A stretch of DNA of 63,272 nt, the filler included, from Basidiobolus ranarum (lineage: Eukaryota), in the NCBI GenBank assembly GCA_040143965.1. It is 9 parts of 9 records of this genome, joined end to end, with 100 filler letters (N's around TTAATTAATTAA, not from the genome) between each part and the next. Parts side by side here need not be neighbours in the genome. Positions count along the whole stretch, not along the records: positions 7,060 to 14,014 come from JASJQH010001208.1; positions 14,115 to 21,063 come from JASJQH010001209.1; positions 21,164 to 28,109 come from JASJQH010001210.1; 6 more parts are not named here. One strand, 5' to 3'. The translations under genes were made by a program, and so were the position numbers. Shown in pieces: positions 13,806-25,305 of this stretch; within the stretch, counting starts at the first letter, position 1; each line of letters starts with the position of its first letter. Below the pieces are notes generated by a model. The model worked only from the letters and a program-made list of their open reading frames with translations, was not told the DNA's origin and ran no database searches.

Positions 13806-13948
13806 ATGGATCAAGAAAGTCCACTGATGGCAGACGTGCTACTACCCGCCTTTGATAAAGAGTTTAAGGCCAACCCAGACTTACTGGGAAATATGCAGGG
13901 TCTGTTCATCGTTGTTGTGACGAAGAAAGGCTGGAAAAGAGCCGAATG
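13806..13948 (+). CDS. First exon of a probable SCP2/sterol-carrier-like protein, cut by contig end
   Basis: ATG..MADVLLPAFDKEFKANPDLLGNMQGLFIVVVTKKGWKRAE(W) followed by GTAAGT donor; family call from recalled resemblance only. Confidence 0.45.
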
Positions 13949-14014
13949 GTAAGTGCAAAATACCGCCAAATCGAGGCTTTACCTTCCAGTACTACCAGTC
14001 GGGGTTTGTGTAGG

Positions 14015-14114
14015 NNNNNNNNNNNNNNNNNNNNNNNNNNNNNNNNNNNNNNNNNNNNTTAATTAATTAANNNNNNNNNNNNNNNNNNNNNNNNNNNNNN
14101 NNNNNNNNNNNNNN
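14015..14114. other. Artificial contig-joining spacer
   Basis: N/TTAATTAATTAA/N. Confidence 0.98.
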
Positions 14115-14223
14115 ACTATCTTCCTATTTTCGTAAGTTACTCGCGTGGCCTTATTGATATAAAGGAGGCCGAATTCGCCCAGTTGCACCTATTTACTCGC
14201 ACTTCTTCACCTATTACAAAACA

Positions 14224-14658
14224 ATGAAGTTCACATGTGTACTATTTCTCACAGTAGTGTTGTGCCTGGTGGGACTTTCACTGGCTCAAGGTATAGATAG
14301 TTGACATCCCATTTCACCCACCTTCGATTTAACTGGAATTAAATCTACTCTAGATAACCGCAGCGATTCGTCATCCTCTACTCAGACTAGCACCACATCA
14401 ACCTCCACCCAAGCATCCAGTGAATCAAGCACAAGCACAAGCAACAGCAGCTCGTCTTCATCAGATAATCACGATAGAAACAGCTCTGATGCTACTTCAT
14501 CCACAGTCGAACTAATCACAACTTACCCAACACAATCTACCCAAGCAACAGCATACTTTCCAAATGTATACAGAAAACCTAGTGAAGGAAACTCTATCAA
14601 GATTCTCGGGCTTGCAAGTATCGCTTTGTCACTAGGAGCAATGCTTTGTGTATACTGA
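14224..14658 (+). CDS. Small Ser/Thr-rich secreted, GPI-type cell-surface protein (2 exons; absent from ORF track)
   Basis: MKFTCVLFLTVVLCLVGLSLAQ | intron 14291-14353 | DNRSDSSSSTQTSTTS...SEGNSIKILGLASIALSLGAMLCVY*. Confidence 0.85.
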
Positions 14659-15535
14659 AACACTACATTACATAGAAAGCAAATAAAATTCTGTAGATTT
14701 ACATTCCCGCTTCGATTTGCTTATGTCACCATAGAAGAATTTCATTGTTTTTTTGTCTTTTGACTTGGATCGCATAAACGATTAATTGATACCCAATGGA
14801 AGAAGGTCAGGATTGGTCTTTGTAATGGAAGCTTCTTAAAAGTGGGACGCCCCCAAACAGGTAATTGCCTCTCTACTCGAGGCCTGGTATCTACTTGAAG
14901 CGGTAGACCACTCACGAATGGATGCCACAATTGGGTCCATGTTACCTAATGATTGAGAGCCCAGGTTGAAATTGTGATTCCTCCGAAAGAACGAACTATG
15001 GATCTGAAAGAAGGAGCCATAGATCGTTTGTCCTCGATATCCTAAGCGACTCTGCTCGTATTGGATCAGAGTTGGCATGAAGAAAAGCCCAAGCCCAGTC
15101 TAGCACTTCTCATCCAATATGCAGCGCTTGAGCGTCCTTTCAACACCAGCAGAGATGGATAATTTAATCATCCGCGTTTTTTGCTCTTAACCATACTTGG
15201 TAGGTTACGTCGTTTTACTCTCATTATGTGAGACTGCTCTTCAGATGTGCCAATCATTCTCAGTTCAAGTTTTCTGCTAAATTTTCACTAATCTTCCTGC
15301 TGCCGTTTTACCTGAGTAACATCAGTTTCGAATGGGGGTTGGATAATTGGATGGATGTTGGATAATTAGTAAAATTAGTCCGTGATCCGTATGCATTGGT
15401 CACGAGTAATTCTAAATTGGGTATAGTTCGCACAGATTGAGTATAAATGCTAGCAGTAGCTTCAAGATAATTAATGAGATTCAAATCTGTAAAAACCCCT
15501 AATATTCTTGTAAAATTCCCTTTAATTTGGTAAAC

Positions 15536-16256
15536 ATGAAATACGGCTACGTTGAAGGTAAGATACTTGTCACTTCATAATGTCAATAGTAATGGTAATG
15601 GGTGATTTTAAAGATGCTTTCTATCAGGTGGTGCTACCTCTTACTTCGTCAAAACCTTGACTCCTCCGTTTTTGTCAAAGATTGGTTTATCGGCTCATCA
15701 TCCACAATTCGTCTTCTTGGGTTACAAAAAGAGTATCCTGAACTGGATGCGTCAACATAGTCACTTGAAAATAGAACTCAATGATAACACACAACCTGGA
15801 ATGAGCAATATCACTTTCGAAATAACCAACATCTACAACGTACCCTTCTCACCCTACCAGTGTAACATTCGCGCAACGAAGCATAGTGATTACCAAGAAT
15901 CCCCTAAAGAAAGGTCAACACCCGAGAACACCCGAATTATCATAGTAAGGTCTGGAAAAACCCTCGGAGAGGTTTTACTGTTGTTGCGTGTTTGTTGGAG
16001 ACGTAATTCACGTACTAGATACATTTGTACTAGTAATCAGAATGAGGTTGGCTTTGTGACTGGTCATTTAACACCCACCCAAGAATTCTTGCAATCCAAT
16101 GCTTTAAACTACACAATAATGGGACTCACTATCCCACTGGAGCCCAGTCCATCCTACCGAAGTATAGATAGCTATTCAGGCATCCGGCCGTTCTCGTGTG
16201 AATTACCATCATATTACTCTAGTGTTATGAACCAACCTAATACTACAGTTGCCTGA
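15536..16256 (+). CDS. Hypothetical protein (spliced)
   Basis: Short exon MKYGYVE + GTAAG donor splices via TATCAG into the 199-aa ORF frame; TATA-like GTATAAA near 15441. Confidence 0.55.
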
Positions 16257-17419
16257 TTGGGTCTGTCATAACATTCCTAGGTGCTTACTAAATAGAAGCC
16301 CTTTTCTTGCTATCGTTATGTATATATATGTACAAGAGAAGGAGCAGAGTTTAAATCAATCACTGCTCAAAAAGATAGTTTGTAGTACATAGACTGAAAG
16401 ACTTACCGTGCAAATTATCCTGCTACAGGACTCTTATTTCTCCGGTATTTATCAGTAGTATTCGCATCAGAGAATTAGTTTAATTGCCTTGTTTCTTTAA
16501 GAGTCTTGTCAGAAACCACAGCTTGCATTCATTAAGTACATGATATTTAGTCTTCTATATCATACAGACTTAAGTATATTATAATCAAAACCACCAGTAT
16601 GCGTTAAAACCAAATTCGCTTTTTCTCTTGTTCTCTTTACAGAACCACCTCTAAAGATTATAGTAGTCAAAAGCTCAATCACTGGTGTTGGGTGGAAGCC
16701 ACAATACATTCCACGACTCATGTCACTTGTAGCTAATGTTCATACCCTTGTGTCATATACGTTTTCCTTTTTGAAGTAAATCTTTACTCATGAACTGGAA
16801 GATAATCCTGCGTTTCCTTTAGAGGATTTCATTAATGTTGACTAAAGAAGTCTTTTTTTCACTCTTCAATAACTACAAGCCAGACAAACAGAAAGCTTCG
16901 ACAGAACCAAGAACCTACAAAGATCTAATACTCAAGTATCGGGATAAGTACTTCCAGTGTTTCTTATGAAGTGGCAAAATCGAGACTGCCACAACAACTC
17001 GTATTTCCTGATTTGCCGCTGTCATTCACACGTTATCAATTCACATGATATTCGATGAATACATAGTCATTCTTGAACACCCCAAAAACTCTTAGTTTTA
17101 CTTGACACCATTGATTCCCCATTAAACATTTCAAAATCATCGTTTTCTCATTCAATTTCTCGGGAATTTCATCAAAATGGATAAATATCTCACTGAATAC
17201 AAATTACACCACCCCCAAAACTCCAGAGTTTACTCTATATTTGCCTTTTCTAGTTAGATCTACTGATGCCTCCATAGATTAGCTGAAACTATAGATCGAT
17301 TTAATATAACAATTCGAACTATGGTTCCATCCATGCAGCTCAACCCTTGTTATTTTCCCTTCAACCTATATCTACTATCATCTATCTTTGAACTCATGAA
17401 CTTTGGTTTTTAAATTCTC

Positions 17420-19090
17420 ATGCAAATACCTAGAATAAGAGCACCAGTACCTGTCGACGAAGCAGATAGATTGCAAGAACTTCTACAATATAAGATACTC
17501 GATACATCACCTGAAGATATATTTGATAATATCGCCTTTCTTGCCGCTCAAATATGCGAAACTCCCGTAGCATTAGTCAGTTTTCTTTCTACTCAACGAT
17601 GTTTTTTCAAATCACGTTATAATACGGACGGTGAACCTGCCGAAAGAGATGTGGCGTTTTGTGCTTACGTTGTAGCATATAAAAAGACCATTATAGTAAG
17701 AGATGCCGCGAAAGACGTTAGATTCGAAGAGAATCCCGCTGTAGCCTCAGGGGATATTCGGTTCTACGCAGGTGCTCCCCTTGTAACTAAGACTGGACAT
17801 GTTTTGGGCTCTCTCTGTGTTATTGATGGTAAACCAAATGACCTCAATGTACTTCAAAGAAGCACACTTGAGCTTCTAGCGAAAAACGTTATACAGTGCC
17901 TTGAGTTACGATTAAATTCTTTGTCATTAGAGGAAGCACGACATGAAACGAAAACCTTTTATGCAAACGCCGAGGCAGAAAGACAAACGTCTCTAATGAA
18001 ATCCCAGTTCTTAGCAAATATGAGTCACGAGATCCGAACACCGATTCATGGAGTGGTTGGATGTCTTGAACTTTTAAAAGGAACAACATTGACTAGAGAG
18101 CAGGAGCAAATATTGGATTCAATGCAGGAAAGTGTGGATAATATCTCTCGACTGACGAACGATATTTTAGATGTGGTGAAAATTGAAACAGAACAGCTAA
18201 CACTGGAGACTTCCGAGTTTGACCCTAGCATCGTGTTCGAATCTATTCATAAGAAATTTCAAATGGCAGCTGCTCGAAAGAAATTAAACTTTACAGTCAC
18301 AATACCGTCTACGTTACCCGCTAAGGTTATTGGGGATGTAGTTCGGTTCAATGAAGTGATCAGCAATATTGTTAACAACGCTATAAAGTTTACTGAAAGT
18401 GGTTCGGTGTCTGTTACTGTTGATGATCAGTCGAGTAGTACCAGCGAGCTTGTGTTGTTTATACGCGTTACCGACACTGGTGTTGGCATTCCGCCGGAAA
18501 AAATGAACAAGTTGTTCAAAGCATTCAGCCAAGTTGACGAATCTCATAAACGGAAGCATGGAGGCTCTGGGCTAAGCTTATCCATAACCAAGTTTCTGGT
18601 TGAAAAGATGAAGGGCACAATTGGTGTTAATAGCGTTCCCGGCGAGGGTTCACAGTTCTGGATGATCTTGTCTTTTGCCATTAGTAACAGTTGCCCAACC
18701 AAGTTAGACAATTGCCAGAAATTAACGGCACTCATTGTGGAAGACAACAAAATCAACCAAAAGGTACTATGTAAGCAGATTAGCAAAGATTTTGATTACG
18801 TACATTGCGTTGATAATGGGCTCCAGGCTGTAGACGCTTGTAAACAATTGCAGTTTTCTGTCATATTTATGGACTGTCAGATGCCTGTTATGGATGGTTA
18901 TGAAGCTACTACGGAAATCCGGAAATTCAATCCTTGGACACCGATCATTGCTATCTCAGCAAACACAGTCAAGTCTGATGTTGAGCGATGCTTTCAAGTT
19001 GGAATGAACGCATTTTTGGCTAAACCTTGCGGGCGAGCAGAGATCATGAAATGTGTGGAGTCCTGCTTAAGGCCCATTAAGGTCTTGTAA
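17420..19090 (+). CDS. Intronless soluble hybrid histidine kinase: GAF - HisKA - HATPase_c - receiver
   Basis: GAF (EADRLQELLQYKILDT..RFYAGAPL..GSLCVID), H-box FLANMSHEIRTP, N-box NIVNNAIKFT, G1 DTGVGI, receiver VEDN..FMDCQMPVMDG..FLAKP. Confidence 0.95.
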   Translation: MQIPRIRAPVPVDEADRLQELLQYKILDTSPEDIFDNIAFLAAQICETPVALVSFLSTQRCFFKSRYNTDGEPAERDVAFCAYVVAYKKTIIVRDAAKDVRFEENPAVASGDIRFYAGAPLVTKTGHVLGSLCVIDGKPNDLNVLQRSTLELLAKNVIQCLELRLNSLSLEEARHETKTFYANAEAERQTSLMKSQFLANMSHEIRTPIHGVVGCLELLKGTTLTREQEQILDSMQESVDNISRLTNDILDVVKIETEQLTLETSEFDPSIVFESIHKKFQMAAARKKLNFTVTIPSTLPAKVIGDVVRFNEVISNIVNNAIKFTESGSVSVTVDDQSSSTSELVLFIRVTDTGVGIPPEKMNKLFKAFSQVDESHKRKHGGSGLSLSITKFLVEKMKGTIGVNSVPGEGSQFWMILSFAISNSCPTKLDNCQKLTALIVEDNKINQKVLCKQISKDFDYVHCVDNGLQAVDACKQLQFSVIFMDCQMPVMDGYEATTEIRKFNPWTPIIAISANTVKSDVERCFQVGMNAFLAKPCGRAEIMKCVESCLRPIKVL

Positions 19091-19533
19091 GTATCTAAGT
19101 ATCTAGTTGATCGAAGTGTAAAAACACATTTGTACAGAAATCCTCGTAACAGAGAGTAATGAGTTCTCCTTCCCTTCCCTTCCCTTCTCTATACCCACTT
19201 CTTTCCCCTTCTCCATACCCACTGCTTCTCCATACCTACTGGTTTCATCCTCTTAACACAGTAATGCCTTAAAGAATTCCACTCGTTGTATTTATATAAG
19301 CTCCATCCTTTTCTATACTCCTCGATTAAAAGGTCATGGTCATTGACATGAATATTGCTATCACTAAGACAAAATATTTTCAAACTACCTATCCATATAT
19401 ATATATAAATACATAATATTTGGTATTGGTTGTATTCATAACATACTCCTGCTCACGTAGAAACTGTTGCATTTCATGCAGTTGATACAAAGACTCGCTA
19501 CAAATCCTGAAGTATTTTCTCCATAGTTTTCAC

Positions 19534-19648
19534 TGTTAAAATTAGCATTGCCTAAACACCTATATAGTCATATATAGCTTAGTACTTAGTTATCTTATAT
19601 TGAACTAAGATATTACCCATTATTCTCATGAGGAATTTACTTCAAACA
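19534..19648 (+). mobile_element. Partial Copia LTR (family A), 5' part
   Basis: Near-identical to the first ~115 nt of the LTR at 19656. Confidence 0.8.
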
Positions 19649-19655
19649 TTTTTAC

Positions 19656-21063
19656 TGTTGAAATTAGCATTGCCTAAACACCTACATAGTCATGTAAAGC
19701 TTAGTACTTAGTTATCTTATATTTCACCAAGATATTATCCATTATTCTCATAAGGAATTTACTTCAAAGTTCTCAGATATATAGATTTTTCACAGAAGCC
19801 CCAAACTTTGCACACATGTTCCTGGGACCTTTCTTAACACATTCTACACATTAGTTTGCTTACATCTTGACAAAACTATAAATATCAACTTTCTACTCAA
19901 TACATCAATAAGTGAAAACCTCCAATTCCTCTAATTCTCCAAACCACTTCTAACAGGCACCCAAATACTTTAACAGGTTATGAGCCTCAAGCTTGCACTC
20001 TCTGTAATGTCTACTTCTCAAATTTATGGAACTTGTCCCTTGTCTGAAAAATTAGATGGAACCAATTATCAAGTTTGGAAAATTAAAATGAAAATGCTGC
20101 TGCAAGAAAAAAGACTTTGGGACACTGTTGTAGGAGAAGAAAACAATGCAAAGCTATCTGAAACCAAAGCTTTACTCCAAGTTCAAAAAGAATTAAGTGC
20201 CTTTAACATGATTTGTCTTAAAGTTAAACACAAATTGCTAATTCAATGTTCAAGAGCTAAAGCTGCCATGAAGGTATGGAAAGCCTTGGAAGACACCTAC
20301 CAAACAAGTTCTGCTGCCAACAAGATGTTTCTAAGAGGACAATTCTTTAACTTAAAGATGAAGCCAGGAGAAGTCATTAAATCATGAATCAACAGAGTCA
20401 CTATTTTAGTGGATGAAATGGAATGCATTGGAGTACCTACCACTGATCAAGATATCTTAGTTACTGTCCCAAATAGCCTGCCACACAAGTTTCAGAGCCT
20501 AGTAATGGCTCTAGGATCAAGAACTGAAAATTTTGTTGAAATTAGCATGGCCTAGACATCTATACAGTCATATATAGCTTAGTACTTAGTTATTTTATAA
20601 TTCACTAAAGCATTATCCATTATTCTCAATTGGAATTTACTTGGAGTATTTTTACGAACTTAAAAGCTCTCAGATATAAAGATTTTTCAAACTTGTGCTA
20701 GAAGCCCCAAACTTTACACACATGTTCCTGGGCCCTCCTTGACACATTCTACATGTGTGTTTGTTTACATCTTGACAAAACCATAAATGTCAACTTTCTA
20801 CTCAATAAATCAACAAGTGAAAACCAGCAATTCCTCTAATTCTCCAAACCACTTCCAATAGGCTCCCAAATACTTTGACAAATTTGATCTTAAATTATGT
20901 ATTTGGCAGACTTCTGGATGAAGATTTATGCAAATCAGGATCCTACCAAAAAGATGAAGAAAATGCTTTAATAGGCCATAGGAAACCTTCCTATAAAGGT
21001 CAAAAGTACTTTAAGAAGAAAAGTAACACATTCTGTGATTACTGTAAAAGAACTGGCCCTTTA
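19656..21063 (+). mobile_element. Defective Ty1/Copia LTR retrotransposon (family A): 5' LTR 19656-19975, PBS 19976-19986, interrupted gag to contig end
   Basis: LTR TGTTGAAA..TTAACA; PBS GGTTATGAGCC; gag KLDGTNYQVWKIKMKMLL..VWKALEDTY..FFNLKM, stop at 20385, zinc-knuckle start CDYCKRTG. Confidence 0.92.
20534..20880 (+). mobile_element. Solo LTR (family A) inserted in gag, 5-bp TSD AATTT
   Basis: TG..CA ends; AATTT at 20529-20533 and 20881-20885; excision restores gag GSRTENLILNYVFGRLLDED. Confidence 0.92.
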
Positions 21064-21163
21064 NNNNNNNNNNNNNNNNNNNNNNNNNNNNNNNNNNNNN
21101 NNNNNNNTTAATTAATTAANNNNNNNNNNNNNNNNNNNNNNNNNNNNNNNNNNNNNNNNNNNN
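21064..21163. other. Artificial contig-joining spacer
   Basis: N/TTAATTAATTAA/N. Confidence 0.98.
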
Positions 21164-24000
21164 ATCGTCTTTCCAACTTTGATATTACCCCTTGCTTCAG
21201 TGAGAATCGTAATATCCATATTTACTATGCGGTCGGTAAGGAAAACCATTCCGATTGCAGATTCTTCGTTCGAGTTTTGGTTCGTCCTGGTAGACTCAGA
21301 TCTAACCTTCAAACTGCTGATTACCTTGTTTCGGAGAGTGACCGTCTTTTGACGGATATTCTTGATGCTCTGGAGATCGTGAACTCTACTTACAAGAATT
21401 CCGATTGTAACCATTTGTTTATCAATTTCATTCCTACATTTGTGCTCGAACCTGAACAAGTAGAGTCCGCTTTAACTGGATTCATTGATCGTCATGGTAA
21501 ACGCCTTTGGAGACAACGTGTAACTGGAGCGGAGATTCGTTTTAATGTCCAAACTAGCAAATCTGAGAATCCTATTCCAGTCCGTTTCACCATTAGCAAT
21601 GTCTCTGGATTCGTTCTTCAAATGGAAACCTACACCGAAGAAAAGAACAGCGCTGGTGAATTGATCTATAAATCCCTAGGAGCACCTGGATCGATGCATC
21701 TCCAGCCTATCTCCAACAAGTATCAAATCAAGGAATGGCTTCAACCACGCCGTTATAAGGCTCATGTATTAGGCACTGCCTATGCGTATGATTTCCCTGA
21801 ACTCTTCAGACAATCTATTCGTAACTCGTGGGCAAAGGCATCCGCCCAAGACCCTACCATTCGTGCACCAAAAGAGCTCTTGAATGCCAAAGAATTGGTA
21901 TTGGATGAAAACAACGAAATCCATGAGCTGTACCGCCCTCCTGGCTCCAATAACTGTGGTATGGTAGCATGGATATTCGAGATGTTTACACCAGAGTATC
22001 CACAAGGTAGAAATGTCATTGCCATTGCTAATGATATCACATTCCGTATTGGATCATTTGGCGTTGCCGAAGATATGGTCTTCTTTAAAGCTTCTGAACT
22101 TGCCCGTAAGTTGGGTATCCCTAGAATTTATCTTTCTGCCAATTCTGGTGCTCGTATTGGCCTAGCGGAAGAAGTACAGTCTATGTTCCGTGCAGCTTGG
22201 AATGACAAGGAAGATATTTCAAAAGGATTCAAGTATCTATACCTTACCGCTGATGAATACCAAACTTTGAATTCGGATGGACAGAAGGTTGTATTTGGTC
22301 AAGAGATTGAAGATGAAGGTGAACGTCGCTATTTGATCACTGATGTTATCGGAGCTACCGATGGCTTGGGTGTTGAGAATTTGAGAGGTTCTGGCCTTAT
22401 TGCTGGTGAAACATCTCGTGCTTACGATGATATTTTCACTATTACCTTGGTCAGTTGTAGATCAGTTGGTATTGGCGCATACTTGGTTCGCTTAGGTCAA
22501 AGAACCATTCAAAATGAAGGCCAACCTATCATTCTTACTGGTGCTCCAGCTTTGAATAAGGTTCTTGGACGTGAAGTCTACTCCTCCAACCTACAATTAG
22601 GTGGAACCCAAATTATGTACAAGAATGGTGTATCTCACAACACTGCTGCTAATGATCTTGATGGTATTGCCAAGATTATCGACTGGCTATCATTTGTTCC
22701 TGCTCAACGTGGCGGAATTCTTCCTATCATTCGTAGCATTGATCCTATTGATCGTGAAATTACTTATACTCCACCCAAGGGACCATCTGATCCTAGACAT
22801 TTCCTTCAAGGTAAATTCGAAAATGATGATATCAAGGGAGAATGGTTAAGTGGTTTCTTCGATAAGGATTCATTTGTTGAAACCTTGGGTGGATGGGCAC
22901 GTACCGTGGTGACTGGTCGTGCTCGTCTGGGTGGTATCCCTATGGGTGTTATCGCCGTTGAAACACGTACCGTTGATCATGTTATCCCCGCTGACCCAGC
23001 TAATGCCAGCTCTGAGGAACAGGTCCTGGTTGAAGCAGGCGGTGTCTGGTATCCAAACTCTGCTTACAAGACTGCTCAGGCCATTAATGACTTCAACAAG
23101 GGTGAACAACTGCCCTTGATTATCTTCGCCAACTGGCGTGGCTTTTCAGGTGGTCAACGCGACATGTATAATGAAGTTCTCAAATACGGCTCGTATATTG
23201 TTGACGCTCTATCTAATTATAAGCAACCAGCATTCGTCTACATTGTACCCAATGGCGAACTTCGAGGTGGTGCTTGGGTTGTCTTGGATCCTACTATCAA
23301 CTCGGATATGATGGAGATGTACGCTGATACGAAGGCCAGAGCCGGTGTCCTTGAACCCGAGGGTATCGTAGAGATCAAATTCCGTAAACCACATCTTCTT
23401 GCCGCCATGGAACGATTAGATGACACTTATCGTAACTTAAAGCAACAATTGAAGAGCACCGATATCACTGCTGATCAAAAAGCTGAAATTACCATTAGAT
23501 TGGAATTACGTGAGAAGGAACTCCTCCCAGTCTACTCTCAGATTGCCATCCACTTTGCTGATTTACATGACACTCCAGGTCGTATGAAAGCGAAGGGAAC
23601 CATCCGGGAAGCATTGGAATGGAAGAACTCGCGTAAATTCTTCTATTGGCGTGTGTTAAGACGTGTTTATGAGGAACGTTGGTTGAAACAGATCCAAGCT
23701 GCCAATACCGATCTAACACGTGAAGATTGCTTATCTCACCTCAAGCAATGGTTCTGTCAAGATACTCAAAGTGAGCATGAAACTTGGGAAAGCTCCGATG
23801 ACTCAGTGTCCCAATGGTTGACACAATCGTCTCAACATATTGAGGAACACATACAAAAATTGAGACAATCTTTCATTGCTAAACAAGTGGTAGATTTGGC
23901 ACACTCTGATCGTTCTGCAGTATTGGATGGATTCATTGAAACTTTCAGTACTCTTACCCCCGAAGAACGTGAATTCCTAGTAAATCAGTTGACCCATTAA
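21164..24000 (+). CDS. ACC1: Acetyl-CoA carboxylase, 3' part (central region end + carboxyltransferase), 5'-truncated by contig start
   Basis: NDITFRIGSFG, SANSGARIGLAEE, ENLRGSGLIAGETSRAY, FANWRGFSGGQRDM, GELRGGAWVV, LHDTPGRMKAKG. Confidence 0.97.
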
Positions 24001-24528
24001 CTGTGCTTCTTTTATGAGATAGCTCACCATTTCTCACCTGATTCATAGTGTAATCTCGCATTTAACTTTATCCACTGTATTTTTTCTCCAGCATTTCAAT
24101 TCAATCAGTTAATCAAATAAATATATGTTAACGTAAACAAACGATCATCTGCATATGTTACATTCCTCCTTCAAGGGGTAATAATGCCTAGTGACTTTTT
24201 GGTTTCCACCACAAAAGTTTCTGTTATTAATGGTACACATTATTCAGGTATTTGATGGAAATTGGGTACTTAGTTTTCTTATTAATCAGTCAGATGTACC
24301 GTTGAAAGATGTAAAATTCATAGCAGCGAAGGGTAGCTCCAGGTGGTTTGGCTCGACTAAGAGATATATATCTACTTACACTGATTTATTTTACACATTA
24401 GAGATTTCGTGTAGAAGAGAAAAAATGGAATAAAAGGGTTTTGGCATAGTATAACGGTGGGATTGTACATTGCGAATTGGTCAAGCTATATGATATATTA
24501 CGGATACATCGGACGCTATAACCTTCTA

Positions 24529-25305
24529 CTAATCCTTATGTATGTTACCTAACCAGCCTATGTCATGAAACCAATCCCAGACTTTCCCTGTTTTATTGAC
24601 ATCTACTCGGCACATTCTTTGTGCATCAGTCTTACGGAACTGCGCCTTTAACCGGGACTCGTGTAGTATCACTCTCTTGATGGTAAGATACTGATCTGGC
24701 TTCAGTCTTAATATTGAAGCAACATCAGCCTCCTCTGGTAACAACGTGCTGTACAATGGATGTCGCGAGATATCCAATGGCACTCCTACCAATTAAATAA
24801 TTTGTAAATAATAAATCCTACAAAGAGAGGCTATAAGAGATGAGGAAGAGAAACCTTTCCAGATAACTTTGGATTTACCAGCAACACGTTTGTCGATTGG
24901 CGGTGTTACGATATCATCCTCCAAAGTAGCATCTAGCAATTTCTTTAACTTATCGGAATTGAGTTTATGCGTGTTAGTTGTCTGCTTGTGAACATTTCGA
25001 ATTTCCTGATTATCCTTCTTGGATGGGTCAGTCTGTATATCCCCCAACTCAAATAATTTCTTGGGATCCTCACGATACAAATCATCCACTGCGTTTAGTT
25101 TGATTATACCAAGTTTCATACGTTCTTCCTCGGATGTTGGTGAGATAATGCTACGTTTAGGATAGGGATTTTTACGCCTTCGATGTCTAGTGATTTCCGG
25201 GTTAGATCTATGTGTATTTTTGCGATTGGCATCAAGTGTAGGTACACATTGATGCTTAGAGAGTTGATTTCCTGATGGAATCAATGTTTGGTGTGACAGC
25301 AACAT
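24529..25305 (-). CDS. SWIRM-domain protein (Fun19/Ada2-C-like), 2 exons
   Basis: Splicing joins KSKVIWKG to VPLDISRHP..EEADVASILRLKPDQYLTIKR..FRKTDAQRMCRVDVNKTGKVWDWF..GWL. Confidence 0.85.

Noticed and set aside
20385-20387. In-frame TGA in gag as programmed readthrough or alternative code
   Set aside because: The element is otherwise disrupted and host genes end in TGA; a simple nonsense mutation is more likely
21769-23719. Antisense and alternate-frame ORFs within ACC1 (likewise in SFA1, the kinase and the chitin synthase)
   Set aside because: Shadow ORFs from codon bias; no independent features
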